Positions 45,215 through 59,300 of a DNA stretch of 64,000 nt are shown piece after piece. The stretch is from Lingula anatina (taxonomy: Eukaryota > Animalia > Brachiopoda). A model generated the notes under the pieces. That model saw only the letters and a program-made list of their open reading frames with translations. It made no database searches and had not been told where the DNA came from. The position numbers were made by a program, and so were the translations under genes. Numbering within the stretch: the first letter of the stretch is position 1; every line of letters begins with the position of its first letter. Location of the stretch: contig CM120640.1 in the NCBI GenBank assembly GCA_051362555.1, positions 65,078,788-65,142,787 of the forward strand. The letters run 5' to 3'.

Positions 45215-45921
45215 CTTGCAATGTCGAAACGACGAGCGGACCGTTTTAATCAAAGTATGGTCCTCCTTGTGTAATGACTCTGGACAGGCATCGACGACAC
45301 GCTTGGGTGCGTCCAAAATATATAACCCTACAGTGGATCTGGTTGAAACAGGTTGAACCGATCTACGTCATCGCTGTGAACATTTGCCTTGGTCAAGGCA
45401 CGGTTTGTTGACATGAGGAGCCACACAACCCTTCTCCGCCAATCACAGGATTGCGTTAGGTGTGACGTATCATGTAAACATTGACATGTGCTTCTTCGTG
45501 TGACTTACATGCAAGTAGGAGTTACGGCATCACGATGTCTTATCTTTTGTACAACCATATCAGCACACTTATTTGACTTCTTGGACTGATCTTCATTTCA
45601 AAGGCTATGTTATGTTCGCTGTACACAGTAAGCCTAAGGTCCTTGCTACATTTGCATTACTCACTCCAGTGTCTGTAGCGAAACACTCGACTGGTCTCGA
45701 TATGTTTTAGAGAGGATTGCTCCTTTTCACTAATTTGATTCTGTAGGGCCTCTTTTGCGTGACTTCCTTATGCAATGGGCGGGTTATACGCTTGTCAATC
45801 TCTCAAAGCATTTCAGTGGACAAAGCTGTAATGCACGGTGTGAAAAAGGCCATGGGACGCACGTGTTACCGCACGCGGCTCTACTCTGTACAGGCTAGTT
45901 CATACAGAGTGCATTGATCTG

Positions 45922-46051
45922 GGCCCCGTCACTCGAAAGCATCGCGAATAGCGATATTACATAGAGGCTACAATGTACTATATGGGGCGAATTATGGAAT
46001 CGAGACGCTTGCGCTTGGTCGCAATGCGCGATGCTTTCAAGTTACGGGGCC
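45922..46051. mobile_element. PIF/Harbinger-like MITE upstream of MIOX
   Basis: 25-bp TIRs GGCCCCGTCACTCGAAAGCATCGCG / CGCGATGCTTTCAAGTTACGGGGCC, flanked by CTG on both sides. Confidence 0.7.
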
Positions 46052-47743
46052 CTGGGCGAGGTTTAAGCCGCCGAGACTTCCGGCATGCGTTTCAGACTCG
46101 GCCACTTATTCTCTTGAGAATTGCCATGTTACCTCAAATACCCAAGCTCAAATGTCATCACATTTTTCACGCAAAATTAAAATTGTAAGGGCTTCCTTGG
46201 ATAGATTCAGTCTTGATAGAATGAGTGAACAGAATAAACTGCACTTCTAATAATCCTACGTTCCCGACGGCAAAAAAGATAGGGGCGTTGAACACGTATA
46301 TTATAGTCTTTTAGCTCTTTGCCCGGCATACCAGTGGTGAAGGAAAGTATATATGTTTGCTGCCAGAAAAATAGTTAATTATTAATTCCCTTTATGCCAG
46401 AAAACCTTGAAAGATCGCTTCAACCTTCAGGGCATATAGAACATCATAAATTCAAACAAAATACAGTTGGAAACAAAGATGCACAATATAATATTGCCCT
46501 GTGAAGAAAAGTTGTCCAAGAAGTGGTTTATGTAGTGAATGAGTGTTTAAAAATGCTAAACTTTGTCACTTTAATTTTTTCTAGATACTGGTTTGAACAT
46601 TGTATATAGAAGTGGAAACTGTTTAAAATCAAAGAAAAAACATTCTTTTATCAATTTTACAAGTGGTGAGAGTATAATCTAGTTGACCCAGAGACTCTTG
46701 CATGTGTGACTTTGTTATGACTATATTATCATTCTCATTAAACCAATCATATTGTTTTTGTAAAAGAGAAACAAAAATAAATACTTCACCTTTTACAGAA
46801 TGTAAACAGCTTATCAGCGTTAACAGCAGATGGTCTACTGCAATAAGCATTCTCTTGTACCAAACAAATTATTTAAAATGAACACAAGAAAGCAGATAGG
46901 CATATCAACACAAAATATTGTGGAAGGAGAGGATTTGATACCAAAGTCAACTATAATACTTTCATCAAATGGCCCCAGATCTAACCAAAAAATAAAAACA
47001 TTTTCTAATAATAATAATTACTCCCCTTACTCCCATCCACCCTGTCTATGCTCTCATGTTTTCTTATTGCACAACAGTATCACTTATTCAAATTATATGT
47101 CATTCAATAAGAGCTAGCCATCCCCAAAGAATATTTTATTTATTATGTGGGTCTGGGTTAATTAATATCATTTCCTTACCCATGCAACAGGAACTATAGG
47201 TATGTATTTTTTTTTTTTTTTGAAATAATAAACTTAAATCATCATACTGTCAAAATTAAATACATATCTACAATGTCATAGATCAATAAATTTGCTCAGT
47301 GATATGTTGGAAGTTACATTTCTTTAAATTCATTGCAAAATGTAAACAAAATGTAAAAAAAAAAACATTGTTAAAACACTTGAACCAGTTAATAAATTTG
47401 CATCAGTAATGCTATAAATGTTCTTAAATATATTAAATATACTTATAAATAATCTTTGCAGGTCCTGTCACACACAGCTTTAAGCATCATTTTTTTTTCT
47501 TTTTAACATATGTACCAGTATATATATAACTTTTGTCAGGTGTTGTAGAAGTTATAATTGGGAAACAAATCTCACCATTCTTTCTAAAAAAAGGAGATTG
47601 TCTTTAAACTTTGATTGCTCCTTTCTAGGCTAACAAATAGGAGCACTGCTATTCTCATAACATTGTCTTTTTTGTGTAAAATTTAACAAGTTTTAGATAC
47701 TCTCCGCTATAATGCTGCTTATTATTGGTTGTACCAGTCTTGG

Positions 47744-50165
47744 TCACACATCTATTTTGATTATGAAATAGACATCCGCAAAGAAAACTACTGTTGCAAA
47801 GGTCATTCCTGCCATAAGTTGCTGAAACAAAACAAAAAATGATTGATTCAAGTCTGGGTTTTCCTTTCATATTAACACCATGAAAGTGTCAAAGAAAAAA
47901 AACTCTAAGGAAAAGTCGAACATCATTTTCGATATTCATTTTGCATTAACAATTATATTCTGGCGAGTCATTATTGTTCACTCAGACATTTTGTATTTTT
48001 ATATGTTTAAATCAGAAAAATTACCACAACACATACAAGTAAGGGAATCCTCAACTCTAAAGGCATATAAATATAAAAGCGCTAAAAATTCTAATTTATC
48101 CCAACATATAAATTTTACTTCAAGTGTCTCAAAAATGCACTGACTTATGATGGGCTCAAACTGATCCATGTGCCCTGACAGTGCAATTCTAAAGATGTGC
48201 AGATACTACATTTGTTTGAGCTGAGGTCAAATAATTACTGATGTTCAAATGAATTGAAATTCATCCCTGTATTAAATGCAGAACATATTGTTACAGGTTA
48301 CTAGTTCTTGGGGGGGGGGGGGGGGGGGGGGGGAGTAGCGAGTGTGGTACTCACCATTGCCATATTAGGCTCAGACAGAGAGTACTCAACAGCTTTGTAA
48401 GCAAACACAAAAGAACCAACGACTGTCAGCACAAAGTTGAGCACTGAAATCATGTGCCTGTTCACACTTTTGACTGAAATGAATAAGACATCTGAATTAA
48501 AAGCTTGCAAACTGTCTACTATCTTACAGGTATTCAAGGAGATCTGCAGGAATACTAGTTAATTAATCAATGTACCTGCAGGTAAGACTTCATTAACGTA
48601 TAATTGGTTAGTTAACTAACTTATAAGCATCAAGTAACTGGCGAATGCCTTATTTGCACCCTGTTATCAGTGTTATAGGGGAACAATTCATCAAACTTTA
48701 ACATAAAAAAGATATTATTTAATAAATCGTTTTCATTTAAATTTTGCCACACTTACTTTCTTTTCCAAATGTGTGAGTGTCCTTTTTGGAAAAACTCTGG
48801 AAAAAATAAAGTGTTAACTTGATTTCACAAAGCATACAGCATACAAATGGGTGCCAATAAGAAAGATTGCAGCTCCATGTCCACTATTATTACTGTTTTT
48901 AACAATTTATAACTAAATTAAAACTTGTAAATATTTAATCACATTTAATGTAATTATAAAGGTAATTAGGTGAAATTGCTAGTACATACATGTGTAAAAA
49001 AAACTTGTCCAGGAAGTGTGACAAAAATATCCATAACCTAAATATATTTTGCATACCTTTTCTATAACAATAACACTTTTGTTACAAAACCAATAAAAAT
49101 TAACTTTTCAACCTTACATTTACATCTTTGATCATTTGGGCATACTCTCTGTTTTCTTGCTCTGCTTTAAGTGCTTGTATCCTGGCTTCTAACTTTGGGT
49201 CCTAGAGATACATGTATAAAAGCAGCAATATTTTAATTCTGTAAACACTGTGATCCATATACAAAATTGTCTATTTACATATGAAGGTCTGGTGCAGTTT
49301 CTCTTGATAACATACCTCTAGAAATAAAAACCTGAAGAGAGACACTTTTTACCTGGTATAATATGAACTCTTTGTGAAACTGGATGAAAATGTCTACAGA
49401 AAAATGATTGGGATTTAAATTATAAAATTTCTATACAATATAATATGTTGATAAAAGAAACCTTTGAGAACTTAATTAAGAAAAGGTTCTTAAGTTCAGT
49501 CTTTAACTGTTCAATCACAGGTCAGAATTTTCATTTATTTTCACCAGACCAATATATACATATGATATATTATATGAACATTTCAACTGTTACCCTGATT
49601 CTATTTCATTGCGACACATTTCACTCAATTTCCCCACTGCTTCAAATCTTGACTTGATAATATGATTGTTACATATAAGCACACATCTTACCCTTGGAGG
49701 AAGCTGTGGTGAAGGAAGATGTATTGTACTTTGTTCTAACAACTGGTGGAGATACAACGTTTCCCCTTAAAAAGAAAAACAAAATATATAATGCTTATAC
49801 TAGATTGTGAGCTCGATTTATCCAATTCGGCGGATAAGAAAGTGCGATATCTCTTAATGGAAGTTTAGTGTAGACTGTAAATTAATTTTTATCAAAAGAG
49901 TAAACTACATGTAGCATCCTGGCTAGTTAGTACCTCTCGCTTCCAATGACCTATGGATACGTTTTACAAGTCTAAAAGGTATAAGGCCATTGTTTCCTTC
50001 TTTTGCCTTTCTGTATTTATCGAGTTCTTGCCTTAAATCACTTTCAATGTCATTAGACTTGCACAAACATTCTATGTAATGTAAAATCGTATCTGTTAAA
50101 GAAATTTCACTCTCCATGGGAGCAACCATATTAAAAGTTCCAGGATGTGACTTGGAAAAGTCCAT
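47744..50165 (-). CDS. TMEM199: TMEM199/VMA12 V-ATPase assembly factor, 6 exons
   Basis: Exons 50165-49934, 49765-49692, 49201-49118, 48796-48757, 48473-48355, 47821-47744. Motifs IPFRLV, YLHQLLEQSTIHLP..PPRDPKLEARIQALKAEQENREYAQMIKDV, then two TM helices (ISVLNFVLTVVGSFVFAY; GMTFATVVFFADVYFII). The start may be ATG 50129. Confidence 0.88.
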
Positions 50166-50366
50166 TCTTACCGTTTTTAAATAATCTGAATAGGGTAAAT
50201 ATTATTTGAGAAAATAATAAGTTTAACCCTCCACTTCCTAGTCCACACAGTAAGACTGCTTGAGAGTAACTATCTCGCTGCATTCCCTGTGGTGTATTCC
50301 ATTCCTGCTCTACTACCCAGTCACATGAGCCTGCTCCCCCTCCACTACAATTTAAAGTGATCCATC
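50166..50366. promoter_or_regulatory. Compact bidirectional promoter region (TMEM199/SFSWAP)
   Basis: Only ~200 bp between the divergent start codons; the SFSWAP ATG sits in a YY1-like CATGGCGGC context. Confidence 0.6.
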
Positions 50367-53300
50367 ATGGCGGCGAGAAAACGGAACGTGCACAATCTGC
50401 CAACATTGACAAAGGAAAATGAGGAACTTGAAGACTTGTTTGTGTTTGGATACGCATGTAAAATATTCAAGGACGACGAGAAGGCGTTATTTATTGACAA
50501 ATGCAAGCACTTAATCCCGTGGATGGGCGACAGCAGCTTGATGATTGACAGGTCGGTGTCCTTGGCACCAATCCATACACAAGGTGTCGATTTCAACATT
50601 TCGATTTCTTATTTAACCACATAACAGTTCCATTTTGTACAGGGTTTCATTTCGAAGTTTAGCAATCTCTCTAGGATATGGTAAGTGTTGAAGTGAAGAG
50701 GAGCAGCTCTGTAAATCCCCTGTAGATGTCCTGTGCTGAAGGTCATCAGGTCACAAATGGCTAAGTCAGAGATGTGCCCACCCCGAGGAATACAGAAGTT
50801 TTACACTAGACACATTTCGTCTTTCGAATGCAATGTTTGGGGGTCAGACCAAGAGACCTATTTTATATGCTATGGTTTGTAGTGGTCGGCATGAAACGCA
50901 GCATGCTGGCCACCTTGCTATTTTTGTTTATTGAATTGTTACTGTTAGTATAGCCTATCCCATCTGTTCATGATAGTTCGAATAACCATCCACCAGTACA
51001 CCTATTAAGTTTATGATATTCACCGAGTGTGCTGAAGTTGAAAAGATATATCTTAACACAACATGGAACTGACCTGCTGCAGAATGGGAGCATAAAAGAC
51101 AGTAAGTGTAACATATTTCCATTGCCTTTGCTCTCCAAACCCAGCATACTCATTCACCTGCCAATTAAAAGACAGGTTCTTAGAAAATCCATTTGCTTTC
51201 TGTTATTATATTGCCTGGTTCATTTGGCTCTACCTAATCCTGACATGGATAGCAGCATATGCATTTTACTCATTATAACAATGGTTTTCTTTTTACTGCA
51301 CACTAGGTGAATATCATATAGGGGTGCTAGTGACGGAAAACCCAGACCAATCAGATTTTTGTACCTGTAATTGATTAGAGAAATATAAGAAAAGAGGAGG
51401 TGTAAGAATTTAATGGTCTATTTTTTCCTAAAACAGTTCAGTCAGAGGTATTTAAAAATCTGTGATTGGTGTAATCTGTCATTAAATTTAACATTGTAAA
51501 AACATGGAAATTATGGTCATTCATGTTAATGACAAAATTGACATTTATGCCTCTTCTTTTAATTTGGATCCCGTATATTGTTTTCTTTAAGTTTTGTCAC
51601 ATCAGAAACATTTTCAAGGAAAAAATATAAAATTTTATAAACATAAAATGATAAGAAAAGAGGAAAAGAACACAAAATTCTGAATTTGAAAATTGGCCAA
51701 TTTTTTGTTTTGAATTTACCTTTTGGGATTAATTCTAGACAGAGATTTGTGCTTAGAAATGTTTCTGTTATTTTGAACACGGATTTTTACGAAGCTATGA
51801 ATTCTGAAATATTGAGAAGTCAGTATGCCTTACTTTTTGGTTGCTTTTACCATTGTACAACCAAACACTTATTTGATGATTCAGGATTTTCAGCTTGCAA
51901 TATAATGTAAATCAGACATGCTGCTAGACACTTGAATATTTTGAAATATATAAATATCTTTAAAAGTCCTTCCATCTTTCAGACATTCATTTTAAACCGT
52001 AAAACCTCTGATGTCATGTGCATGAATCATGAGTCAAAAATTACCTTTAGGATAAGGTAATCAAGTGGCTGACAGCAGAAAAGTTAGATATTTGTACCAT
52101 GTAGTGCTTCATTTATGTAACCAACAGTTTTTATTTCAGGCTCTTATTATAGATCTTAAACGGTAAAGTGCATATGACGTCTTTGCAGTCCATCTCTTTT
52201 ATTGCATGTAATAACTTAGTGATTTGTTCATCAGGTACGATGGAAGAGGTCACTTACATGACCTTCGGCCCTATGATGCTGACTACCTGGACAGATCAGA
52301 GCCGATACAGGAGGAAGAGCAAAGGATTCAAGCTCTGTGTGATGAAGAGAGATATTTAGAACTTCACACGGATGTTTCAGAGAAGGCATTGTATGAAGGT
52401 AGGTGTTAGTGATATAAAGTTGGACACAAATAGTATGTATTTGACTCTGAAATTTGATTAACTGTTGCACTGACATCATGTCTTCTATCAATTCATGTCA
52501 CCATATAAAGTATCCTAGGCCTGAGGTATTGAAACAGTATTATATTCATTTTGTTGTTGGGTTTGCCTTATGTGTGTGTGCACATGCGTGCGTGTGTGCA
52601 GTATGTATGTTGTATGTATGCCCTTTTGGAAGATAATCAAATATTTAGAATGTTAAAGTTTCCAACCCCTTCTAAAAAATTTCAAATGAATGACAAGTGA
52701 AAGAACTAACATTTATTTTCTGCATGTTAACAACATTGTTATTTAATATTGTGAAAGTTTATTTATGGCTTTATCCAATATTTTATGTAGAGGAAGAATT
52801 GAAAAGGTTAAACCAGGAACTGTCAGAGAACCGTTATGAGGCAATAGGATTCAACTACGATGGTGGCTATGATCCTGCCCAGCCGAGTGATGAACAGGAG
52901 GGCAAAGGTAACCAGCATGCTGTATGCAATATCTACCCTTAATAACCATAAATCTTAGCATTATGGTTTTCATCATACTTAACCTTTTTTTTTCACATAT
53001 TCTAAGTACATTGTTGTTTTCTTAAATTACCTGTGTTGTTAATATTAGGAGGAAATGATATGATTTATTAACAACTAAGAAGATGATATTTATATCTTCT
53101 ATTCTTTCTCAAACTTTTGAACTCCGAACAGTGGTTTTGACAACTGTTTTCTTTTGAAGCTATTAATCATTGAGCATCCTCACATTAAGTTTTAAAACAA
53201 GTTTGTCAAAGAGTGAAGAGAAAAACATTAATAGTTTTAAATGGTTCTTCATGCAGAAGAAGAGGAAGATGATGAGGAACCATTTAACCCACCAGATGAT

Positions 53301-56300
53301 TTCAAGGCAAAAATACCCCCATCAATCATATTGGTAAGTACTGGACACTGAAGCATTAAAATTAAATTCTGTTCCTGAAAAACTTTTTTTGATAAACACA
53401 AACATACAGTTCATGTTTACCTACCCCCCCTTTAATGCTTCCTGAAAATATTTTTAGTGCTCTGTTTGTGAAGAACAGAGGACGGGAAATGATTTAGATG
53501 ACAAAAGATATAATGTAATTTGAAAGATTAGAGTCTGATTTTGTTCAAATCTCCAAACATGTTTACAAATGATTTGATGGATCAGTTGATTTTCAAAAAT
53601 TTAATATTTAACATGTCTTTGTTTACCTTCAGCCTTCTTCTGTGAAGCTTCATGCTATTATTGAGAAGACGGCCAACTTTGTGGCTGAACAAGGAGGACA
53701 GTTTGAAATAGTCATCAAGACAAAACAGAAACACAATGAACAATTTGAATTCATGAACTTTGAGAACAAGCTGTTTCCATATTATAAACATCTCATTAAA
53801 CTGATTAAATCTGGGAAATACAAGTCTATAGAACTTCCGAAACCTAAAACCAAGAGGAGACAAAGTAAGTTAAGAGGTCTTCTTTTGTAAATTGTGTGTT
53901 GAATTTTACTTTAAAGGGAATACATTCATAATTTTATGGGGCTCTGTTGAATGAATCCAGTTCAGATATTAATTTATATTTAAATGTTAATTCCAAAATA
54001 TATGTATAAAGTACATCAAGCATAATTTTATCTATTTATATTTTTTAGATAAAGACAATAATCAATGAACTGTCTTTCTCTTATAATATATGTCTGCTGA
54101 ATGTATTTTTTGTGCCTATTTCAGGTCACCTGGAGAGTGAGGAGGATGATGAACATGACCACAGTGGCTACCTTCACCCCAGTCTTATGGCTGCAAGGAA
54201 GCCATCACCAGTAAGTCGGATTTTATTCACAACTTTACAAGTCACTCATTTCTAACATTGAGCAGTGGACTGTTGAACATGAGTTGTCACTTAAAGGGAT
54301 AATAACTCTTCGTATGAGATCTATATTTCACAATAAAAACATAGTGAATAACTCATAGAAATATAATATATTCTGTTTTACCACAAAAACGGCAGTTATA
54401 GCTATTATTCTGATATCTGAGCTTGTCTTTAGACCACGGGACCTCCATTGATGGCTATACTCTGTTAAAATCTCTTAACAAAAAACCAAACTTTTTAGAA
54501 AAAATCAGGGACTAACTTTGAATGTAAAAATGGATTCATTAACCATTGGTAACTATGGGAAAATTTTTGTTTACTCCAGGAAAATTCATTTTTTGGCCAA
54601 AACGAAGAGTTATTTTCCCTTTAATATAATCATATGAGAGGAGAATGATAACTTATCAAAACTTGAGTGACAGAATGAGTTATTTTTCTCCACTTGTTTA
54701 CTTATTTTAAATTTAACATTTATCAGGACACCACATCTGCAACAAGTGTGCCAAAACCTGTTGTTCGTATCAGTGATACTGCATATGGGAAATTACTCAG
54801 CAAGATGTCCAAAACCTCGCGTTCAGGTAGCCCCATGCCTGCAGAACCTTCTAACAGGTACGTTTTGTCCCATCCCATGATCAGTGTGTGCATGCTTTAC
54901 TCTGTGTCACAGTATCCTTACCTTCCTTTGTCTTTGTCACTTAAGTATTAAAATAGTATGACCACATGTTACTTACCCCCATATTTTTTCTCTACAATAT
55001 TTAAGTACCACTCAAACAGATATAATTTTGAGCATTGTGATAAATAGCAATAACACATCTTATTTTGAAGACCAATGACTCAAAACAGCTCTGTGCTGCA
55101 TGTGTATTTGTGCAAAACCAAGTGTGTGTTATGTGGCCAACCATATCAAATTCGGCTAAAAATATTGTAGTGACTGTCACTCGCTCTAAAAATAAATACA
55201 AAAAAACTTTCTTGTTGAATTTGAATAAAAGGGCAGAATTTTGCACATGTTAAATAAACATCTACACCTTGTTTTATGCACTGTGTCAGTCCTGATTCAG
55301 CTTGTAAGTTCCCTTGTTCTGGTTTTAGGGAATCAAAATCAGATGGCAGCCATGAAGGTGCAGGTGTTTCCTACAGCAATGAAGTGGCACCACCTCCCAT
55401 GCCACCTTACATGTCACAGGACTATCACCATAGCAGCTATATGCACCACCATCACCACCACCACCACCATCATCATCATCACCATCCTCATCCTCATCAC
55501 TATGACCACAGACTACCTCCACCCCCAGGAATGGAACCAGTCACCCTGCCCTCTGACCAGCCCCCACCCCCAGGGACTGTCCCTGCAAAGTTACCACAGC
55601 CTGCAGATACTGGGTAAGGGACTGTTAATATATAAATGCAAAGCATTTTTGTAAAAAAGCACATACCACAGGAATAGGTTACAGATTGTTGCACCTTAGC
55701 TGCCATACTTCTGTAATTTAAGCCTTGTAACTACTCCTGACACACTGTTCTTGAATGATGTAGATTTGTGGGTGTGGTATTTTTGTCACAGTAATCCAAT
55801 TTGCTTGTTCATGTGAAATATGTTTTTATTACATAGTCCCCAGCAGGCTGCTGCAGGCCCCCAAATTATACCTCCGCCACCAGATCTTCAGCCCATCATT
55901 GACAAGATGGCTGACTATGTTGCCAGGAATGGAGATGAGTTTGAGAAGACGGTGAAAGCCAAGGATGATCCCAGGTTTCAGTTTCTACATCCGTGGCATA
56001 TGCATCACTCATACTACCAGTACAAGAAGAATGCTTATGAAAAGGTAGCTTAGTCTGCAACAATGCAGTACATGGTTTGTTTTCTCCACGCTTTACTGGG
56101 CATTGATTAGTAACACTTTTTACTTGGTTTGTTCATGTTTCAAGGGCCTCAAATGTGCATTTTTTAAGACAGATACTCTAATTTTCACCATACAAAAATA
56201 TTTCACCACGAAAATCATAAGAAGGAGTAAGTAAAAAAATGGTATGAGTATTTTCTCTTCTTTAACCAAATTATTTCATTAATAGCTTTTATTTGATATT

Positions 56301-59300
56301 CTATGTGCCAGTGTGTTCTGAATCTGCATTTTGTACTTCAGTAGATATTCTTCAGATGTAGTTTTATGCAGTAAATTAACACTACCATTTGTATTACTTG
56401 CAGTAGCTTAACACTACATTTGTATCACTTCCTTTACATAATATTGACTCTTTCTTCCATCAAAAATGAGGTTCAGGAAAGAAGCTATGACTGCCCTGCA
56501 AGTAAAGACATTTGTCTGAAAAGCATGCACTGTACTGGGTTAGCACAGTTCAAATTTAACAATTACTAAAGTGTTGCTTTTGCTTAGATTGTAGCTTAGT
56601 GTGTGTCCTTTTTGGTAATTCATCTGTGTAATACTTTTATTTCAGGAATTTGGGATCAAAGAAACAGACAGAGGTCCTCCAAAAGGTAAGTTGACAAAGA
56701 AATAAGATTTCATTAAGGAGCTGAAATATCTGGAGCATCTTTTACAATTGAGGAAAGAAGAGAGGAAAAGGAAAAAGATGCTGTAGAATCTTGTATATCA
56801 GGATAAGAAGTAGATTATAATATGGATGGTTCCATAATCAGATATATTACTTTCCACTTTTAGACTGTCTAAAAGCCTAATTTCCCTTAAGGAGCTGGAT
56901 TCAAGAGATAATTGCTTGAGCTGTGTCACACACTCAGTTTTACCATAATACTTACATAATACAGCAATACATAATACAGTAAGACAAAAAATAATTTTTA
57001 CTTCCATAAAAAATGACAATTGTGTGTCAGGCAAAGTGACTTTGTTCATAATGAATTTATTCATTATACTAATGGATGTGCAGTGAATTTTTTTTTTTTA
57101 TCTTGGCTAACAAATTTGTGTATCAAAACATAACATCATTTTTTAATTTTTTTTGCAGCTATTAGTTTTTCCATTAAGGCCAAGGAGAATGAGTCTGGTC
57201 CTCTAGAGAAGAAAAAAACTGCTGCCTTCCCTGTGGATGAAAGTAGTGATGAAGATGGTAAAATTGATATTCTATCCTATTTTCAATTTAACCTCTCTGT
57301 CATCTTTGGTTTTTGTCTAATATTTTAATACAAGTGAAGTCTCCTTTTACTGCTAATAAATAAACCCTGCTGTATTATTTACCAGTTTGTTTAAAATACA
57401 CTGGATATATTTATACTGTAACTAAGAACATGCCACCTTTAAATGAAATTTTAATGCAGATCATTTTGTCAAACCAATATTAAATTACGTATCTTGCTAG
57501 TAGTCCTTGAAAATATGCAGTGGTCCTCCATCCCCTTCTTCTAGGTATCTGGCCTGGTTCTTAGTTACAGTATAAATATATCTGCACGGTAAAAAGATAG
57601 CAGCTGTATTGACAAGAGTTTTATTTCAGGTGAAGGGAAGGACAAGGTAAGAACTACCAGTGGTACCCAGAGTGAGGAGGAGGACATGACAAAGATGCCT
57701 GTGCCTGAGCAGATCACGGAGGACAGACCAGAGAGAACACCCATATCAGCAGAGGAAATGGAACGGAGACAAGGTAAGATGCATTTATATCATATTGATA
57801 TTGACATATTTTTATTTATTTATTTATTTACCTATTTATTTTGGTGTTAAATGGACATGAGGTATAAATAACATTTATATCTTTGAATTTTTATGGATAG
57901 TTGTTTATAATTTTATGTATTTTGTCATGATATGCTTTTACACAGTTTTGACCTTCACGTTTGCATCTTTCCCTTTCAGTGGAGTACAAGCTAAAAGATA
58001 AGCTTGCTGCAGCTGCAAGGGAGCGTTTGTCTTGGGCAAGCAAAGAGAAACAGCTTCAGGTTGAAAGAAAGAGGAAAGCGGCCATGTTTATAAATATGCT
58101 AAAGAACAATACCATGTCTGCAACCCAGGGGGAAGGAGATCTGGCAAGTAAGGAAGGTAGGCTGTAAAATTTCATTTATCACTGGAAATATTTTGTTTGA
58201 ACTAATTTCATAATAGAGCTATGAAGTTCTGCAGTTTATTTGTTTTAAATCTGATGAGATGGTGTTCTTGTGTAAACAACTGACTAAGAAATGTAAGTAA
58301 GTATAATATGGTTCTCTCTGCAGTCCCCTCTGCACCAGGCCAGCCCTCCCCAGTCATCACAGAGCTATGAAGTTCTGCAGTTTATTTGTTTTAAATCTGA
58401 TGAGATGGTGTTCTTGTGTAAACAACTGACTAAGAAATGTAAGTAAGTATAATATGGTTCTCTCTGCAGTCCCCTCTGCACCAGGCCAGCCCTCCCCAGT
58501 CATCACACCACTAAGTAGCAGACAAAACAGTCCAGCGCCTGTCATGGCTGCCAGGTCCCCAGTGCGAAAAACTTCCAGATCTCCAAGTAAACTTATCAAA
58601 CGATCTCTGTCACGATCAAGGTCAAGGTCCAGATCTCCGAAGAGGTCGAAAGCCAAAAAAAGGAAATCAAGATCTAGGTCTAAGTCCAGGTCACGGTCAC
58701 ACAAGTCTTCTCGATCAAGAAAACGATCAAGATCAAAAAGCAGGAGATCGCGCTCCAGGACAAGAAGAAAGAAATCTAAAACCCCACCTAGTGCATATGC
58801 AGTTGTTAGACGGTATGACCATTTGTTTAAAGTAATGCACATTTTAACTTAGTGTAGTTTTCAAATGAAAATGAAAAAGGTGACAGAATAAAGGACTATT
58901 TTGCCCTTGTAAAATTTGATCGGCAGTTTTTGAAAATTGATATCTTTTTATTTTCTTGGGAATTGCTAAAATAATATGTTGTTTATATGTGGACGTCACA
59001 GGCTTGTCAAAGTGGCTGATGTAAGTTTGTTTCTGTCTAGCTCCAAGTCCCGGTCCCCCGGTAAAAAGAAGAGAAGATCCCGTTCGAAGTCCAGATCCCC
59101 TGGAAAGTCAAAAAAGAAAAACCGTCATTCCAAGTCTAAGTCGAGGTTATTCTTCTTCTTAATGTGATGATTTTAAATTCTTTTGATGGTCATAAATTAA
59201 ATGTAAGAATAGGATAGTTTTGAAAATCATTTAAAAAAAGGTGGTCTAGATATTGAGTAAGATCACTTGTTTTCTTTTTGAGAGGATAGTATTTCAAATT

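Noticed and set aside
58357-58842. 161-aa minus-strand ORF rich in DL/DR repeats (also 59360-59677 and 55325-55522)
   Set aside because: Antisense shadows of the SFSWAP RS-domain and His-rich exons.
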